Part shown: positions 21,457 through 32,981 of the stretch, piece by piece
Layout: each line of letters begins with the position of its first letter
Position numbering within the stretch: position 1 is the stretch's first letter
Notes under the pieces: model-generated
What the model was told of the DNA's origin: nothing
Seen by the model: only the letters and a program-made list of their open reading frames with translations
Database searches by the model: none
Program-made: the position numbers and the translations under genes
Source of the DNA: Nemertoderma westbladi
Lineage: Eukaryota > Animalia > Xenacoelomorpha
Assembly (NCBI GenBank): GCA_032718475.1
Contig: JAUCBJ010000636.1
Coordinates: 1-35,059 of the forward strand
Reading direction: 5' to 3'
DNA length: 35,059 nt

Positions 21457-22155
21457 ATCCAGGATGCCACATACAACGCGAGGATGGAGTCAGACATCCA
21501 ATCCATCCCCACTGAAAAGTATTGTATCTAACAATATGATCATGGTGGTACAGCCCAATATTATTTTTCTTAATTTTTTTTTTCAATTCTAATCTTAATT
21601 TTCTTTACATCAGTTGGGTTCTGTAAACTCCTCTAGACAGATTTATATCAACTCAGCTTTGCTATTATCCTCTTATTTTATTTTTGCTACTGTCGTTTAC
21701 TGAAACCAATATCCATATATTATTAGGCAACGGCTGGTATCCAATGAACCTTTTTATTAGGAGAGTTTGTGTTGGTCTATCAGTCCGTTACTTTATTTCA
21801 TAAAATAGACCAATTATTTATTCATATAAACTGATCCCTTTATTAACATTGAGCTACTTTGCTTCCACTAAGCTTACAGCAGACAGTATCTAATGTATTT
21901 GTAGGTCTGTACTCCTTGAGTTATATAGGGTATGTTTGTGTCATTAAAGTCATTCCCAGAAGATTGTATTTTAGTTTGTGTAAAAAAATTATTTATCACA
22001 ACTCTACAATGTCAAAGGCAACTCTCCTACTCTTAGCTCTGGCAGCTTATTTAGCTGTGGAGTGCAATGGAGACAACAACGAGGACTCCAACAAATTAGT
22101 TAAAAGAGACAATGTAAGTTTGTTCTTAAAGCAGATTTGTCATATGTTTAGCTTT
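21457..22155 (+). repeat. Copy 1 of a ~700-bp duplicated block (upstream region + signal-peptide exon)
   Basis: ATCCAGGATGCCACATACAA...CATATGTTTAGCTTT aligns with 27368-28088 at roughly 90% identity (by eye). Confidence 0.93.
22009..22113 (+). CDS. Signal-peptide first exon, copy 1 (alternative first exon or orphaned paralog exon of the FReD gene)
   Basis: MSKATLLLLALAAYLAVECNGDNNEDSNKLVKRDN, followed by a phase-0 donor GTAAGT at 22114. Confidence 0.7.
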
Positions 22156-22748
22156 CACCGCAAGCGCCACGTAGAAAGTAGTAGCAGAGATTGGTTGTGG
22201 GCACCGCAAGCGCCACGTAGAAAGTAGTAGCAGAGAGAGGTTGTGGGCACCGGAAGCGCCACGTAGAAAGTAGTAGGAGAGAGTGGATGTGGGCACCGCA
22301 AGCGCCACGTAGATAGAGGTATTAGTTGAGGTGGAGATGTAGATAGAGTAGAGTGGTAGAGACGGGCACATAGGGTGCCAGCTAGTAGAGTTAGAGATAG
22401 TAGAGAGTTAGTAGAGTTAGAAAGATAGTAGCAGAGTAGAAGCAGTAGTAGAGTGGTTGTGGGCACCGCAAGCGCCACGTAGACGGTGGTAGTAAGTAGA
22501 GTGGTTGTGGGCACCGTTAGCGCCACGTAGATGGAGGTAGAGTTAGTAAGAGGGTACGTAGTACCATCAGTTGTGGTTGTGGGCACCGTTAGCGCCACGT
22601 AGATGGAGGTAGAGTTAGCAAGAGGGTACGTAGTACCGGTTGTGGTTGTGGGCAACGTTAGCGCCACGTAGATAGAGGTAGAGCTAGTAAGAGGTTTTTA
22701 GTTAGAAGTAGTAGTTGAAGGGTTGTGGGCACCCTAAGCGCCACGTAG
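22156..22748 (-). repeat. Array of 9 conserved ~24-nt hairpin units with low-complexity spacers
   Basis: GTGGGCACCGCAAGCGCCACGTAG and variants at 22156 (partial), 22197, 22243, 22289, 22459, 22507, 22579, 22648 and 22725. Confidence 0.9.
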
Positions 22749-23455
22749 TAGAAGAGTTAAAGTTAGTAGGCTTAGAGAGATAGTTAGAGTTAGTAAGAGA
22801 GTTAGATAGTTAGCAAATGAGTAGTAGGTAGATAGTATGATAGCACAGGGGTAGCATTAGAGGTCAGGGCCTTAAAAAGTGGCAGAGAGTAGAGAGGAGA
22901 TAGTGAGAAGAGCTGTTGGCGAGAAGTTAGAGTGCGATTCAGGTGTGGGGAGAGTGTAAGAGTGGGGAGAGAGCGAGTTGAGTTAGAGAGCGAAGTTAGA
23001 GTGGCGAGAGTGTTGGGGAAACAAAAATTGTGTGAGAGAAGCGCACGATCGGCCCGACACGAGACGCCAGAGGGTAGCGACATCATACCCATAGGGAGCG
23101 GCCTGGAAAGCCGACTCCAAGAAAATAACTCCACCCCACACCCGATAATAGATCGAGTTCCAGCGGAATTGTAGCGCACTTTAGTTGGATGCTATCTTCT
23201 TACCGGGAAGATAGCATGGGGGGGAGTGTTAGCTTATCCAATTCCGCTAACACAAACCCATAGATTGAGCCATTAAGCAATATTGGGAGCACGAGGTTGA
23301 TTACCAATATCAACCTCGTGTTACCCCAATAAAGTGGGAAGGGAAGGAGAAACACACAATGGAGGTCAGGGGCCAAACCCCTAACCCAAAGAGAACAGGT
23401 GGAGTGAACGGGAACACTCCAAAGGGCGCCAACAGGGGTATCAACCAATCAGAGG
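22156..23455 (-). mobile_element. 3' fragment of an L1/Tx1-like LINE: decayed ORF2 C-terminus plus a pyrimidine-rich 3' UTR
   Basis: Frameshifted DWLIPLLAPFGVFPFTPPVLFGLG...TRLILVINLVL resembles the L1/Tx1 ORF2 segment after the zinc knuckle. It is followed by a CT-rich UTR with repeated hairpins. Confidence 0.5.
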
Positions 23456-23824
23456 GGGGCAAGGCATCGATTAGGTACAGCAATAAGGCCACCGTGCAAT
23501 ATAACCAGTTACCAGTAATCATACCAGTCAGTTATCCCAGTATCATATTGGTGCTAGTTAGGTTAGATAGTTTAGCTAGGGAAGGACCGGGACTTTAGTT
23601 ACCGTATCCCGCCTTCCGTGTACAACAACCTATATCTATATCTTATTAGACTGATCATTATATACACCGAACATCAGAACTCATTTTACTCTTTACACAC
23701 GGCGGGGACGCGTGAACTAAACATCGGATAAATCGGGATCCCTCCTGGATCCCGTCACAATTTAAATTGATATGATTGAAAGGTGTTTTTGATTACCGAA
23801 TATGTTTCTAATTACAGTAGTTTG

Positions 23825-24046
23825 TTAATAATCCATTGGATATTTGCATTTGATTGCCTTTAATAATTCATTGAATCCATTCAATTTTCCCTTACGTATC
23901 TGATGTCTCCACAAGTATTCGATAAGTTTTTCAGAGAATTTCTCTTGATAGGCATTGCACTCCTTGCACCATGCTCTTGCGCCATAAATTTTTATAATTT
24001 TTTGCATTAACTTTATTTTAATCTCTTTGAGTTGACATTTGTGCAT
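23825..24046 (-). pseudogene. Possible Merlin/IS1595-family transposase C-terminal remnant
   Basis: LIEYLWRH....NGFNELLKAIKCKYP* matches the recalled pattern YL.EF.WR...D.F..LL..I...Y. No DDE core is present. Confidence 0.4.
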
Positions 24047-24684
24047 TTCACCATAGATTAAAAAATTTTTCTTTTTATTTCTAGCTATTTTAAATTTAAA
24101 AAGTTACTACAGTAGCTATATTTTCTAGAACAATAATTTTTGTATTTTATTTTTGTGTATATTATTATTATTTAGTGTATATTATATATTTTTTGTTCTA
24201 GAACTCTTCACTGTTGCCATGGTAACAATTATTTATGTTATAAAAATGCAGTTCTATACGGAACTGTTACCTTTTTTTTTTATATATTGCGTAGGGTGAG
24301 TGAGGGAGACCCCAAAAGTTATAATCGCTCTAAAGAGAAGATAAATTAATTTTTCAATGCCGTTTTAACTTTTTCACATTACAATTATGATTTGCTATTA
24401 TTATGTGAGAGTTTAAGAATTTCAACTCTTAAACTTTTTTAATTAAACCAATTATTCGTATTTTCGAAAAAGCGTCAAGTCTCCCTCAATGGGGGGAGAC
24501 TTGACACCTAAGGTGGGAGACTTGAACCCACCTCGCATTCTTGTAAATTCGTTCAAAAATGCATAATAAGTGTAATAATTACATCTTTGTTTCGCTCATG
24601 AGCGAAAGTTACTACTGTACTTAAAAAAGTATAACCCCGTTTAAGTTATTTTGAGAGACAGATATACTGGTTACTGCAGTACCG

Positions 24685-24845
24685 GTGTCGCAAGGAAATC
24701 AGCCCCCCCTAGAATATGCCCCCCGGGGCATTATTTCCTAGGATATTATGTCCCCCCGGGCAATTTTTCCTAGGAAATTTAGCCCGGGGGGGCATTTTCT
24801 CCTTAGGAAATAATGCCTCCCCTCAGGAAAATTAGCCCCCCTCAA
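24685..24845. repeat. Quasi-palindromic (GGAAAT..GCCCCCC) repeat cluster, likely a DNA-transposon terminus
   Basis: Alternating direct and inverted AGGAAAT/ATTTCCT and CCCCCC/GGGGGG units after CGGTGTCGC. Confidence 0.55.
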
Positions 24846-25249
24846 AAGTCTGAAAACTGATACGATAACGGTCTGCTGGTAGCCACTTTTAATCGGCAGT
24901 GATTTTTTATGTCCTTTTATTTGACTTTTTTTGTCATTTTTTTTACGAATTATGCATAATGACTTTTGTTGTCCTTTTAATGACTTTTATTGTACTTTTT
25001 ATGACTTTTTATGTATGTATTTCTTCAAACTGTCAGACTGCTGATTTCTGGACTGTCAGACAGTTGATTTCACTATGCCTGTGCCAAAACATTCCATGAT
25101 TCCATGATTTATAGACTATGAGATAGATTTCCATATGCGCCTGTGGTAAAAAGACTCTATATTTAATAGTTTGTGGTTGTTGTCGATAATCGATTACCAC
25201 ATGACGAAGCAAAACACTCATTTTATAGCCAAAAACAATTACCAATTGA

Positions 25250-25704
25250 TGGAAAGGAGCAGGTTAAGGTCGAGTTTTCTAACCAAAACAATAAACAGTC
25301 ACTTTACCAAATCAGGGAAAGGAGCAGGTTACAGAGACTGGATTTTCTAACCAAAACAATAAACGATCACTTAACTAATTGAGGGAAAGGAGCAGGTTAC
25401 AGAGGCAGGATTTTCTAACCAAAACAATAAACGATCACTTAACTTATTGAGGGAAAGGAGCAGGTTACAGAGGCGGGATTTTCTAACCAAAACAATAAAC
25501 GATCATTTAACTAATTGAGGGAAAGGGACAGATTACAGAGGCGGAATTTTCTAACCAAAACAATAAACGATCACTTAACTAATTAAGGGAAAGGAGCAGG
25601 TTACAGAGGCGGGATTTTCTAACCAAAACAATAAACGATCATTTAACTAATTGAGGGAAAGGGGCAGGTTACAGAGGCGGGCCTTTCTAACCAAAACAAT
25701 AAAC
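25250..25704 (+). repeat. 68-bp satellite array, ~6.7 copies
   Basis: GAGGGAAAGGAGCAGGTTACAGAGGCGGGATTTTCTAACCAAAACAATAAACGATCACTTAACTAATT at ~25313, 25381, 25449, 25517, 25585 and 25653, plus a diverged unit at 25250. Confidence 0.95.
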
Positions 25705-25859
25705 ATTACAAAATTACAAATTTAATAATAGGTGATTTTGTTCAATTCGTGCAGTTAAACCGGTCCGTTAGGCCTACTACCAATTTTTGGACGGAATACT
25801 GCCAATGTCGGAAGACTGCTAAAATCGGTAGGCCGGTACGCAGTCAGTAAGCCCGACTC

Positions 25860-27300
25860 AATGTGAGCAGTCATTGAAGAGAACAAACATTTGGCTCATC
25901 AACGCGACATCACCAGGAAGAAACTCGAGATGGAACAACACAAGGAGGCATTAATTCTAGAACAACAAAGACAGTTGGCTGCGGCCAAATCGCAACAGGA
26001 GGCCTATGAATTGGAGGATCGACAGCAATGGATTGCTCAAGAACTCGAGTAGGCTCAATCCCTGCTAAACAATGAGACGGCACTGAGTCACTAATCAGCA
26101 GCCTGAACCATCGATTGTGCGCTTCAAAGAGATACATGGAGCCAACCCCATAGAAGCACATCAACATTATGCGCAATAAATCTATAGACTGGTAGCCTAG
26201 GATTGGTTGGACCCAGTGGATGCTGGGACTCCTGGAAACCAGGTAAGTCACCCCGGAGGTTGCCATGAGCCCGAACCTAGAGACCAAATAGAACCAACCA
26301 CATCTGCGACCTCAAGTAGTGTCTCGGTAAAGATTTGTGACTAACGAAGGCGATCAAGCCGAGTGGGATGGAGCTCGAGACTGTGAGCGGTTTAATCCAA
26401 GTCCTACTCCAGGTAAGCCCAAGATCCATATGTATCAATTAAATTTAGCAATTAGGGAAGGTAAATAAGGAGGTGTGGGATGAAGTCATCCATAGAAAAA
26501 GGTAAAGTCCAACATATTCAGTCACAAGTCCAACAGGTACAGGGACAAGTTCAAACTGTATGTAGTGTTGTGCAAGAAGTGTAGCAAAGAAATCAAAGAA
26601 CGTCAAAGTGCAGGTGGATAAGGAGTTCGACCATGTTAGGTGTAATATCCCTGAGGTCAATGACCATGTAGAGCGAGGTCAACAGGAGAATGAAAAACTT
26701 AGAGTACAGGAACAACAGAAGAACTAAAGAATGTCCTGAAGACTATCCCAAGTTTAAAACACCACAATTGCAATAATGCCCAGTTTAAATATTCAGACAG
26801 ACTCAGAATTTGAGACTGACTATAGACCACCAGTCAGTGAGAAGGTAACCTATCACAGGACGAATTCGCGGACTCGTCCACAGGTAAGTTATCCTACCCA
26901 TCCGTTGGAACCGATTCCAACTGATGTCCATCAACGGGTAGGAAGGGAAGACAATACTATGGTCAACTCAATCGCAGTGGAGTTTTTTAGGTTCAGTGCG
27001 AGACACAGTCTTCCTCCATTACATCCTCCGCACTTCACTGGTTTATCTAAACATTGGAGAACCTTCATCAACTATATCAAGACCAATGTCGCACAACAGG
27101 ATTTCTCACCGACTGAGAAATTCAACTACTTATACCAACAGTTGAGAGGTCAACTGAAGGAATTGGTGGTACGTTTATAGGTGATGACAATGCCTCTGAG
27201 GCGGCTTATGACAGGTTAGTTACTGTGTATGGCGGCAATGTAAAGATGGCCAGGTCAGTAATAGTTGAACTAACTCAGGGGGGACCAGCACATTCCCATA
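25860..27300 (+). pseudogene. Fossil BEL/Pao gag fragment (second, older family)
   Basis: Stop-interrupted coiled-coil region (RKKLEMEQHKEALILEQQRQLAAAK), then LPPLHPPHFTGLSKHWRTF...SPTEKFNYLYQQLRG and, after a frameshift, AAYDRLVTVYG (DUF1759-like). Confidence 0.75.
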
Positions 27301-27367
27301 TAGAATTAGTTAAGTTTTCAAACTCAATGTGACACCTCTGATCTTGTCAATTTCAGAATGCAACCTG

Positions 27368-28088
27368 ATCCAGGATGCCACATACAATGCGAGAATGGAG
27401 TCAGCCATCAAATCCATCAGTCCATCCCCACTGAAAAGTATTGTATCTAACAATATGATCATGGTGGTACAGCCCAATCTTACTTTTCTTAATTTTTTTT
27501 TCAATTACAATCTTAATTTTCTTTACATCAGTTGGGTTCTGTAAACTCCTCTTGAAAGATTCATATCAACTCAGCTTTGCTATTATCCTCTTATTTCCTC
27601 TTTGCTACTGTAGTTTACTGAAACCAATATCCATATATTATTAGGCAACGGCTGGTATCCAATTAACCTTTTTAGTAGGAGAGTTTGTGTTGGTCTATCA
27701 GTCCGTTACTTATAATCAGAAAATAGACCAATTATTTATTCATATAAACTGATCCCTTTGTTAACTTTGAGCTACTTGGCTTCGACTAAGCTTACAGCAG
27801 ACAGTATCTAATGTGTACTGTAGGTGTGTATTAATATTACTTGTGTAGAAATATAGGTATGTTTCTGTCATTATTAAAGTCATTCACAGAAGATTGTATT
27901 TTCGTTTGTGTAAAAAAATTATTTATCACAACTCTACAATGTCAATAAAGGAAACTCTCCTACTCTTAGCTCTGGCAGCTCTTTTAGCTGTGGAGTGCAA
28001 TGGAGACAACAACGAGGACTCCAACAAATTAGTTGAAAGAGACAATGTAAGTTTGTTCTCAAAGCAGATTTGTCATATGTTTAGCTTT
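27368..28088 (+). repeat. Copy 2 of the ~700-bp duplicated block
   Basis: Aligns with 21457-22155. Confidence 0.93.
27939..28046 (+). CDS. Exon 1 (signal peptide) of a secreted coiled-coil/fibrinogen-related protein
   Basis: MSIKETLLLLALAALLAVECNGDNNEDSNKLVERDN, with a phase-0 GTAAGT donor at 28047 matching the phase-0 acceptor at 32566-32567. Confidence 0.75.
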
Positions 28089-30589
28089 ACAACAATGTTT
28101 GTAAAACCACTCCCCTGGCCTCCCTCTATTTACCCCCTATTTGTCTCAGCCTACAACCCAGCCCTCTCTATATAAAGAAGAATGTATGAAGAATTAGTTT
28201 TGTAAACTGTAAATATACTATAAAACTTCTGAACATGCACTTTTCTGAACGTCCAACTTTGGGACAGCCAAGCATCAGGAAGATGGCCGCCTAGACCGTT
28301 AGGCCGTCAGCAACGCAGGGAAAAGATGTCCACAACACGCTAGCGCCCACATTAGATTAGACCGCGCACCCCCTTCGCCCTTCGAAATACTCCACTTGCC
28401 ATGCAGCGCCCGGTTTATGAGGAAGGTAAGACTTTGTTTGACGCCCTTGCCCGACGTAAGACCTAGATCAGGGTAAGCGTGACGCCGTCCTGGGACGCCG
28501 CAAATTTTAGGATCAAATAACTATGTTCTAGGCAGAACCCCCTTGTCAGTATTACGAATCCCTGGGTTACCTGTATACCTCATACAGTAGGTGCGAGCTA
28601 TTTCTGTCCGTCAGTACACGAGTACATATTAGGTACAGACAGCATACGTTCCATAATTTAGTGATTCGCAGTACTGACCGTTTGGTACCGGTTCGCTTTG
28701 TAGAACATACATTAGTACCCCCCCCCCCCCCCCCCCCCCCCTGCCTGAAGTTAGTTGTTTGATCAGGCAAGGAGCATTTCTGCTACCGGCACACCGCTTG
28801 GCCTAGGGAGGTTTTAATAGTTTAATAGTTTAAAGGGTGATGAGGAAAGTATGCACTTTTAGCACCCATAAATCGACAATGAGAGTAAACCTAGGTGAAT
28901 GGCAACCTGGTAGGAATAAAATATAAAGATACTGGTACTGGTTACTGTAAAATCGAGTAAAATATATGAGATATACATAATGTATAAAATATGGAAGATT
29001 AACTAGGGTAACATAATTAAAAAAGAAAAGAAATTGGATTGACAGCAATTGACCATATTTAAGACAGCAAATGACAATATTATTTTGTAATTATATGATA
29101 AATACAGAAATAGATTACGACCTTAGCAAATTAAGGCAATTAAGTATAAAAAGAAAAACAATTGTAAATGAGTTTAAAAAATGTTTCCATAGAGTTAAAA
29201 TTAAGTAATTATTACATACATAAAAAGTAAGAATGAGGCGCTATAAATTAAAATTAATACTCTGAATTTGTTAAGTCAATTAAGTAAAAGCAAATGAGAA
29301 CGAGTTTAAAAAATGGTTAAAAATGTTTAAAAAATAGTGTTTTATTAATATCCTACCGCGCCTTGCCACGTACCAATAGTGTTAACTACCGCAGCAACAA
29401 AGTTCTAGAATCAAATTTGTATACCAGATCAGCTAACATACGGTAGCAATTAATCCCTATTTCTTATCTTACAACCAGAATCTGGTATTTGTGCCGATCA
29501 CGGGTGTAGATACTAACACCGTGGTTGCCCAGTTGAGTTGTGGATAGGAAGGAGAGCTTTGACGTCATTTGTAAGTATAAAGTTCTACAAAACGCGACTA
29601 GCTTATTTTAGTAGCTAGCGCACGGTATTGTTTCGGTCAGATAATTACTAAAACCTAGTAAATGATATACACCAAAATTGTTTTATTGTAACACACCCAC
29701 ACACACACGCCCTAAAACATATTTACCCTTAGAGTTCTACTACAGTAGATGGCGCACTTTAGATCACTTTAGGCAGAGTATATCTATAACTTACCATTCG
29801 TATTTGTAAAATTAGGATCAGATATTTAGTTACGGCAAGGGAGTGTTTCATTTTCGTTATTAACTGTTGTTTGCCTAGAGCAGCAGTATTGTTACATTGG
29901 GCACAACCCTTTTTAGACTGATTCAGACAGGGAGATCAGTATTGTTACGCTAGGTCTGTAACCCACCTAGCTCGTATATAAACCATATAAATCACACCGC
30001 GGCAAGTTGCGGTATTTGGGACTGTCAGCGATAGTTAGGATTCGCTGCGCGGGGATTGTTTTCCCGTGAGTTTGGTCTGTTACTGTAACTGTACATCTGC
30101 CATACCGGTTAGAGGACAGGTATCCTTTTGTCTAGTTCGTAGGCATTAGACCCGCTCACGTACATAGAATAGACACCAGGCTCTGCTCCTCGCCAGTAGT
30201 AGTTTGTGTATTGTATCTGTTTGTTTAGATATCCTGGACTGGGATTTGTTGTCAGATACTGTACAGTACAAGCCCGTTTCATTACTAGAGTCTTACAGTA
30301 AGATACATCGTTACTGGGATCTGGTAAGCGGTATACTACTGGACTTTACGGTTAGAGATATTCTATAGCTTCGTATTAGTAGATTTGTAGGCCGTAGGGT
30401 AGTCCCTACCGTAGAGGACACAACAGTGAGGTATATTTATTAAATATCTCGACCGGAAGTGTGTGAGCTATAGATATATAAATATATAGTCTAGCTATTG
30501 TAAAGTACAGAAGTAGGAGTTATTTAAAAAATTTAAGGTTAGTAAAATTAGTAATTTCTAATTTTATTGTCATTCTGTCACTAAACTAA

Positions 30590-30910
30590 CTACCCGGACT
30601 AACTACTCCATTTCGTTCTTTTTTTTAATATTACAAATATATATATTTTGCAGAATTACCTGGGCGCGGGTCACGCCTTCCTTTATTTTTTTTATCTTTT
30701 GTTAAATATATACTACAGATCTACCCGGGCGCGGGGCCACGCAGTCCCTCCATTTCGTTCTTTTTTTTAATATTTTAAATATATATATTCTTCAGAATCA
30801 CCCGGGCGCGGGGTCAGGCAGTCCCTCCATGTTTACCCATCATATTTCCTACCTTTTAATTTTCTAATTATTAGGAATATATCATACAGAACTACCCGAA
30901 CGCGGGTTCA
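30590..30910 (+). repeat. Irregular tandem repeat with ACCCGGGCGCGGG core and T-rich spacers
   Basis: Core at ~30657, 30723, 30800 and 30894; CTCCATTTCGTTCTTTTTTT repeated at ~30607 and ~30748. Confidence 0.75.
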
Positions 30911-31211
30911 TCCAATGCCGCTAAAAATGTAAAATATAAATAACTAAACCCTGCCTCCAAAGTAGCAGCAGCTTCCAACGTTCATATCATCAATCGCTCG
31001 CTTCATATCTTTAAATCAACTACCCGCGCAGTTCATTTATTATACATATTAGTAAATACATGAACATCCTTGCAAAATTTTATAAATGACAGGCTATCAG
31101 ACCCCTTACCAGTTCCTATCCATACATCCACCCTCAATTACCACCCCGCCTCCCTTCCCTTTACACCCCCACACCCCTCTCACATTGTGATCAGTCAACC
31201 ACTAGCTTAGC

Positions 31212-31242
31212 TATTAGCTTCCACCCATCGTGGAAGCTAATA
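31212..31242. other. Perfect 13-bp stem-loop, Helentron/HINE-type terminal hairpin candidate
   Basis: TATTAGCTTCCAC-CCATC-GTGGAAGCTAATA followed by ATAA. Confidence 0.5.
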
Positions 31243-31374
31243 ATAATTGATTAATTTATATCTAGGATAATTAATTATAACCTACTGTTATATGTAGGCC
31301 TGCCTATATGTATATGTAATTTAATTATCGGAATTAATTAATAATGAATTATATGAATTAATCGGAAAATTAAT

Positions 31375-31830
31375 GTCCGAATATTTAGAGCAGCAGTAGT
31401 TCCACTACTCCTCTATGGGAGTCCAAGATGGGCGAGGACAAAGGAACCTAACTGCCGAGGTCACCAAATCTCTGGATGGCACATTCACAAGAATGCTACG
31501 CCGGGTTCATTGTGTCAAGTACAATGCACACATCTCCAACCAGACACTATATAACATTGGAGGTATCTCAATGGTTCCCCCAAGCTTAACACTAGAATAA
31601 AGCCGCCTCCGCTTTGCAGGACATTGCTTTCGCCGTGAGGACCAGCCAGTGCATAATCTTGTACTTTGGCGGCCTCATGGAGTCAATAAGTATGGTGGAC
31701 AGCCCATGACTTTCTTAAGACGCATCTTAAACAAATTTAACTGGCCATGAAAATGCGGATGATCTAGCAAATGACATGTGTGATAGGGAGTTGTGGCGGT
31801 GCAATTTTGTCGACCAGCCGGCACAGCATT
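31375..31830 (+). mobile_element. RTE-clade LINE 3' fragment (decayed)
   Basis: IFRAAVVPLLLYG, SLDGTFTRMLRR, HISNQTLY, RLRFAGHCFRR, LVLW.P motifs. The 3' part matches 34563-34750. Confidence 0.85.
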
Positions 31831-32567
31831 TATAATATGCAGCAGCAATGCAGCATGCCGATCCTAGTAGTACGTAGTAGTCCAATCAATAAAATCAATA
31901 TTTATCTAGAGCGCTCTAGATATTTTTTTATTTAAAATTTCCATTTAGGGGCTCCGTAGATGTACTGTGTACATGATTGGACAGCTGATAATATTATTTA
32001 ATTAATCTGCAGTTCTAACATTTAGTGTGTAATACACTAATATATATGCGTGTATAGTGGTACAACTGACAGAACTACGTAGAAGTAGCGGTTGGGAGAA
32101 ATGAACATATAAGGCCTCGGCTTTTATTACACGTTGTGGTGGGCCTTCGCGCAACACGAGAGTCTATATGTGAGAATATCTTAAATATCTATTAGACATA
32201 GCGAAACTGCAAAATATTATTGACAATAATTTATTGTATTACAATTAATAGGTCTATATATATATATGTGTGTATAACTTATTGTTAAAAACGTTTAAAA
32301 GGGCCCTTCAAAAGTTCTTAAGCGTTTGAAATTAATGTTTTGTGTTAAATTGTTAAATGTTAAATTACCAATTTAGAGAAAGGAGCAGGTTAAAGTGGCA
32401 CGTCACGGTATAGAAAGGTTACACTTTTATTTTTTTTGTGAGTAATTATTTGCGTTATTTTGCCCTGGAGAAGGATGACAATTACACATACTGTAACTTA
32501 CATTGTGTGCTTTTATTTCCTATGATTTACATGAAATAAAATATAAATAAAATTATTTTTCTAACAG

Positions 32568-32981
32568 GGTCAACAAATACAAGAACAGGTTGCTGCGTTG
32601 GAAGAACTGATAAAAGAACAGTTTACAGAGTTGAAAGAACAGAATACAGAGTTGAAAGAACAGAATACAGAGTTGAAAGAACAGAATACAGAGTTGAAAG
32701 AAAAGGTTGGAGATTTGAAAGAACAGAATACAGAGTTGAAAGACCAGTTTACAGAGTTGAAAGACCAGTTTACAGGGTTAAAACTGTATAAGCTGATAGC
32801 GCCTATCCTAAAGCAAAATGATGGAGTAAAGATTCAGCAAAGAGTTGATGGATCTGTTGACTTCTATCGTAACTGGGATGAATATGTTGAAGGATTTGGC
32901 GACCCGAATACCAACTTTTGGTTGGGGTTGGAGACTGTTTTTAGAAGTACTAAAGTGCTAACAAACAGCAGTCCTGCAATG
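32568..32981 (+). CDS. Exon encoding a heptad coiled coil + start of a fibrinogen-related domain (angiopoietin/ficolin-like FReD)
   Basis: Acceptor TTTTTCTAACAG|GGT in frame; (EQNTELK)n; IQQRVDGSVDFYRNWDEYVEGFGDPNTNFWLGLE is the FReD signature. Possible donor ATG|GTAAAG at 32982; otherwise the frame stops at 32993. Confidence 0.85.
32616..32776 (+). repeat. 21-bp coding minisatellite (GAACAGAATACAGAGTTGAAA)n
   Basis: About 7.5 units, each encoding one heptad. Confidence 0.95.

Noticed and set aside
22126-22667. 170-aa Thr-rich mucin-like ORF and overlapping ORFs
   Set aside because: By-product of the hairpin array; non-ATG start and no gene structure.
22156-22748. CRISPR array
   Set aside because: Spacers are low-complexity, related to each other and variable in length; eukaryotic context; no cas genes.
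24290-24530. pogo/TcMar-like MITE end with a 12-bp hairpin (24474-24505)
   Set aside because: The hairpin is real, but no matching second terminus or TSD was found, so no element is called.
29687-30425. Possible solo LTR (TGTAAC...CAACA with a TATA-like motif)
   Set aside because: No TSD, no second copy and no adjacent PBS or PPT identifiable.
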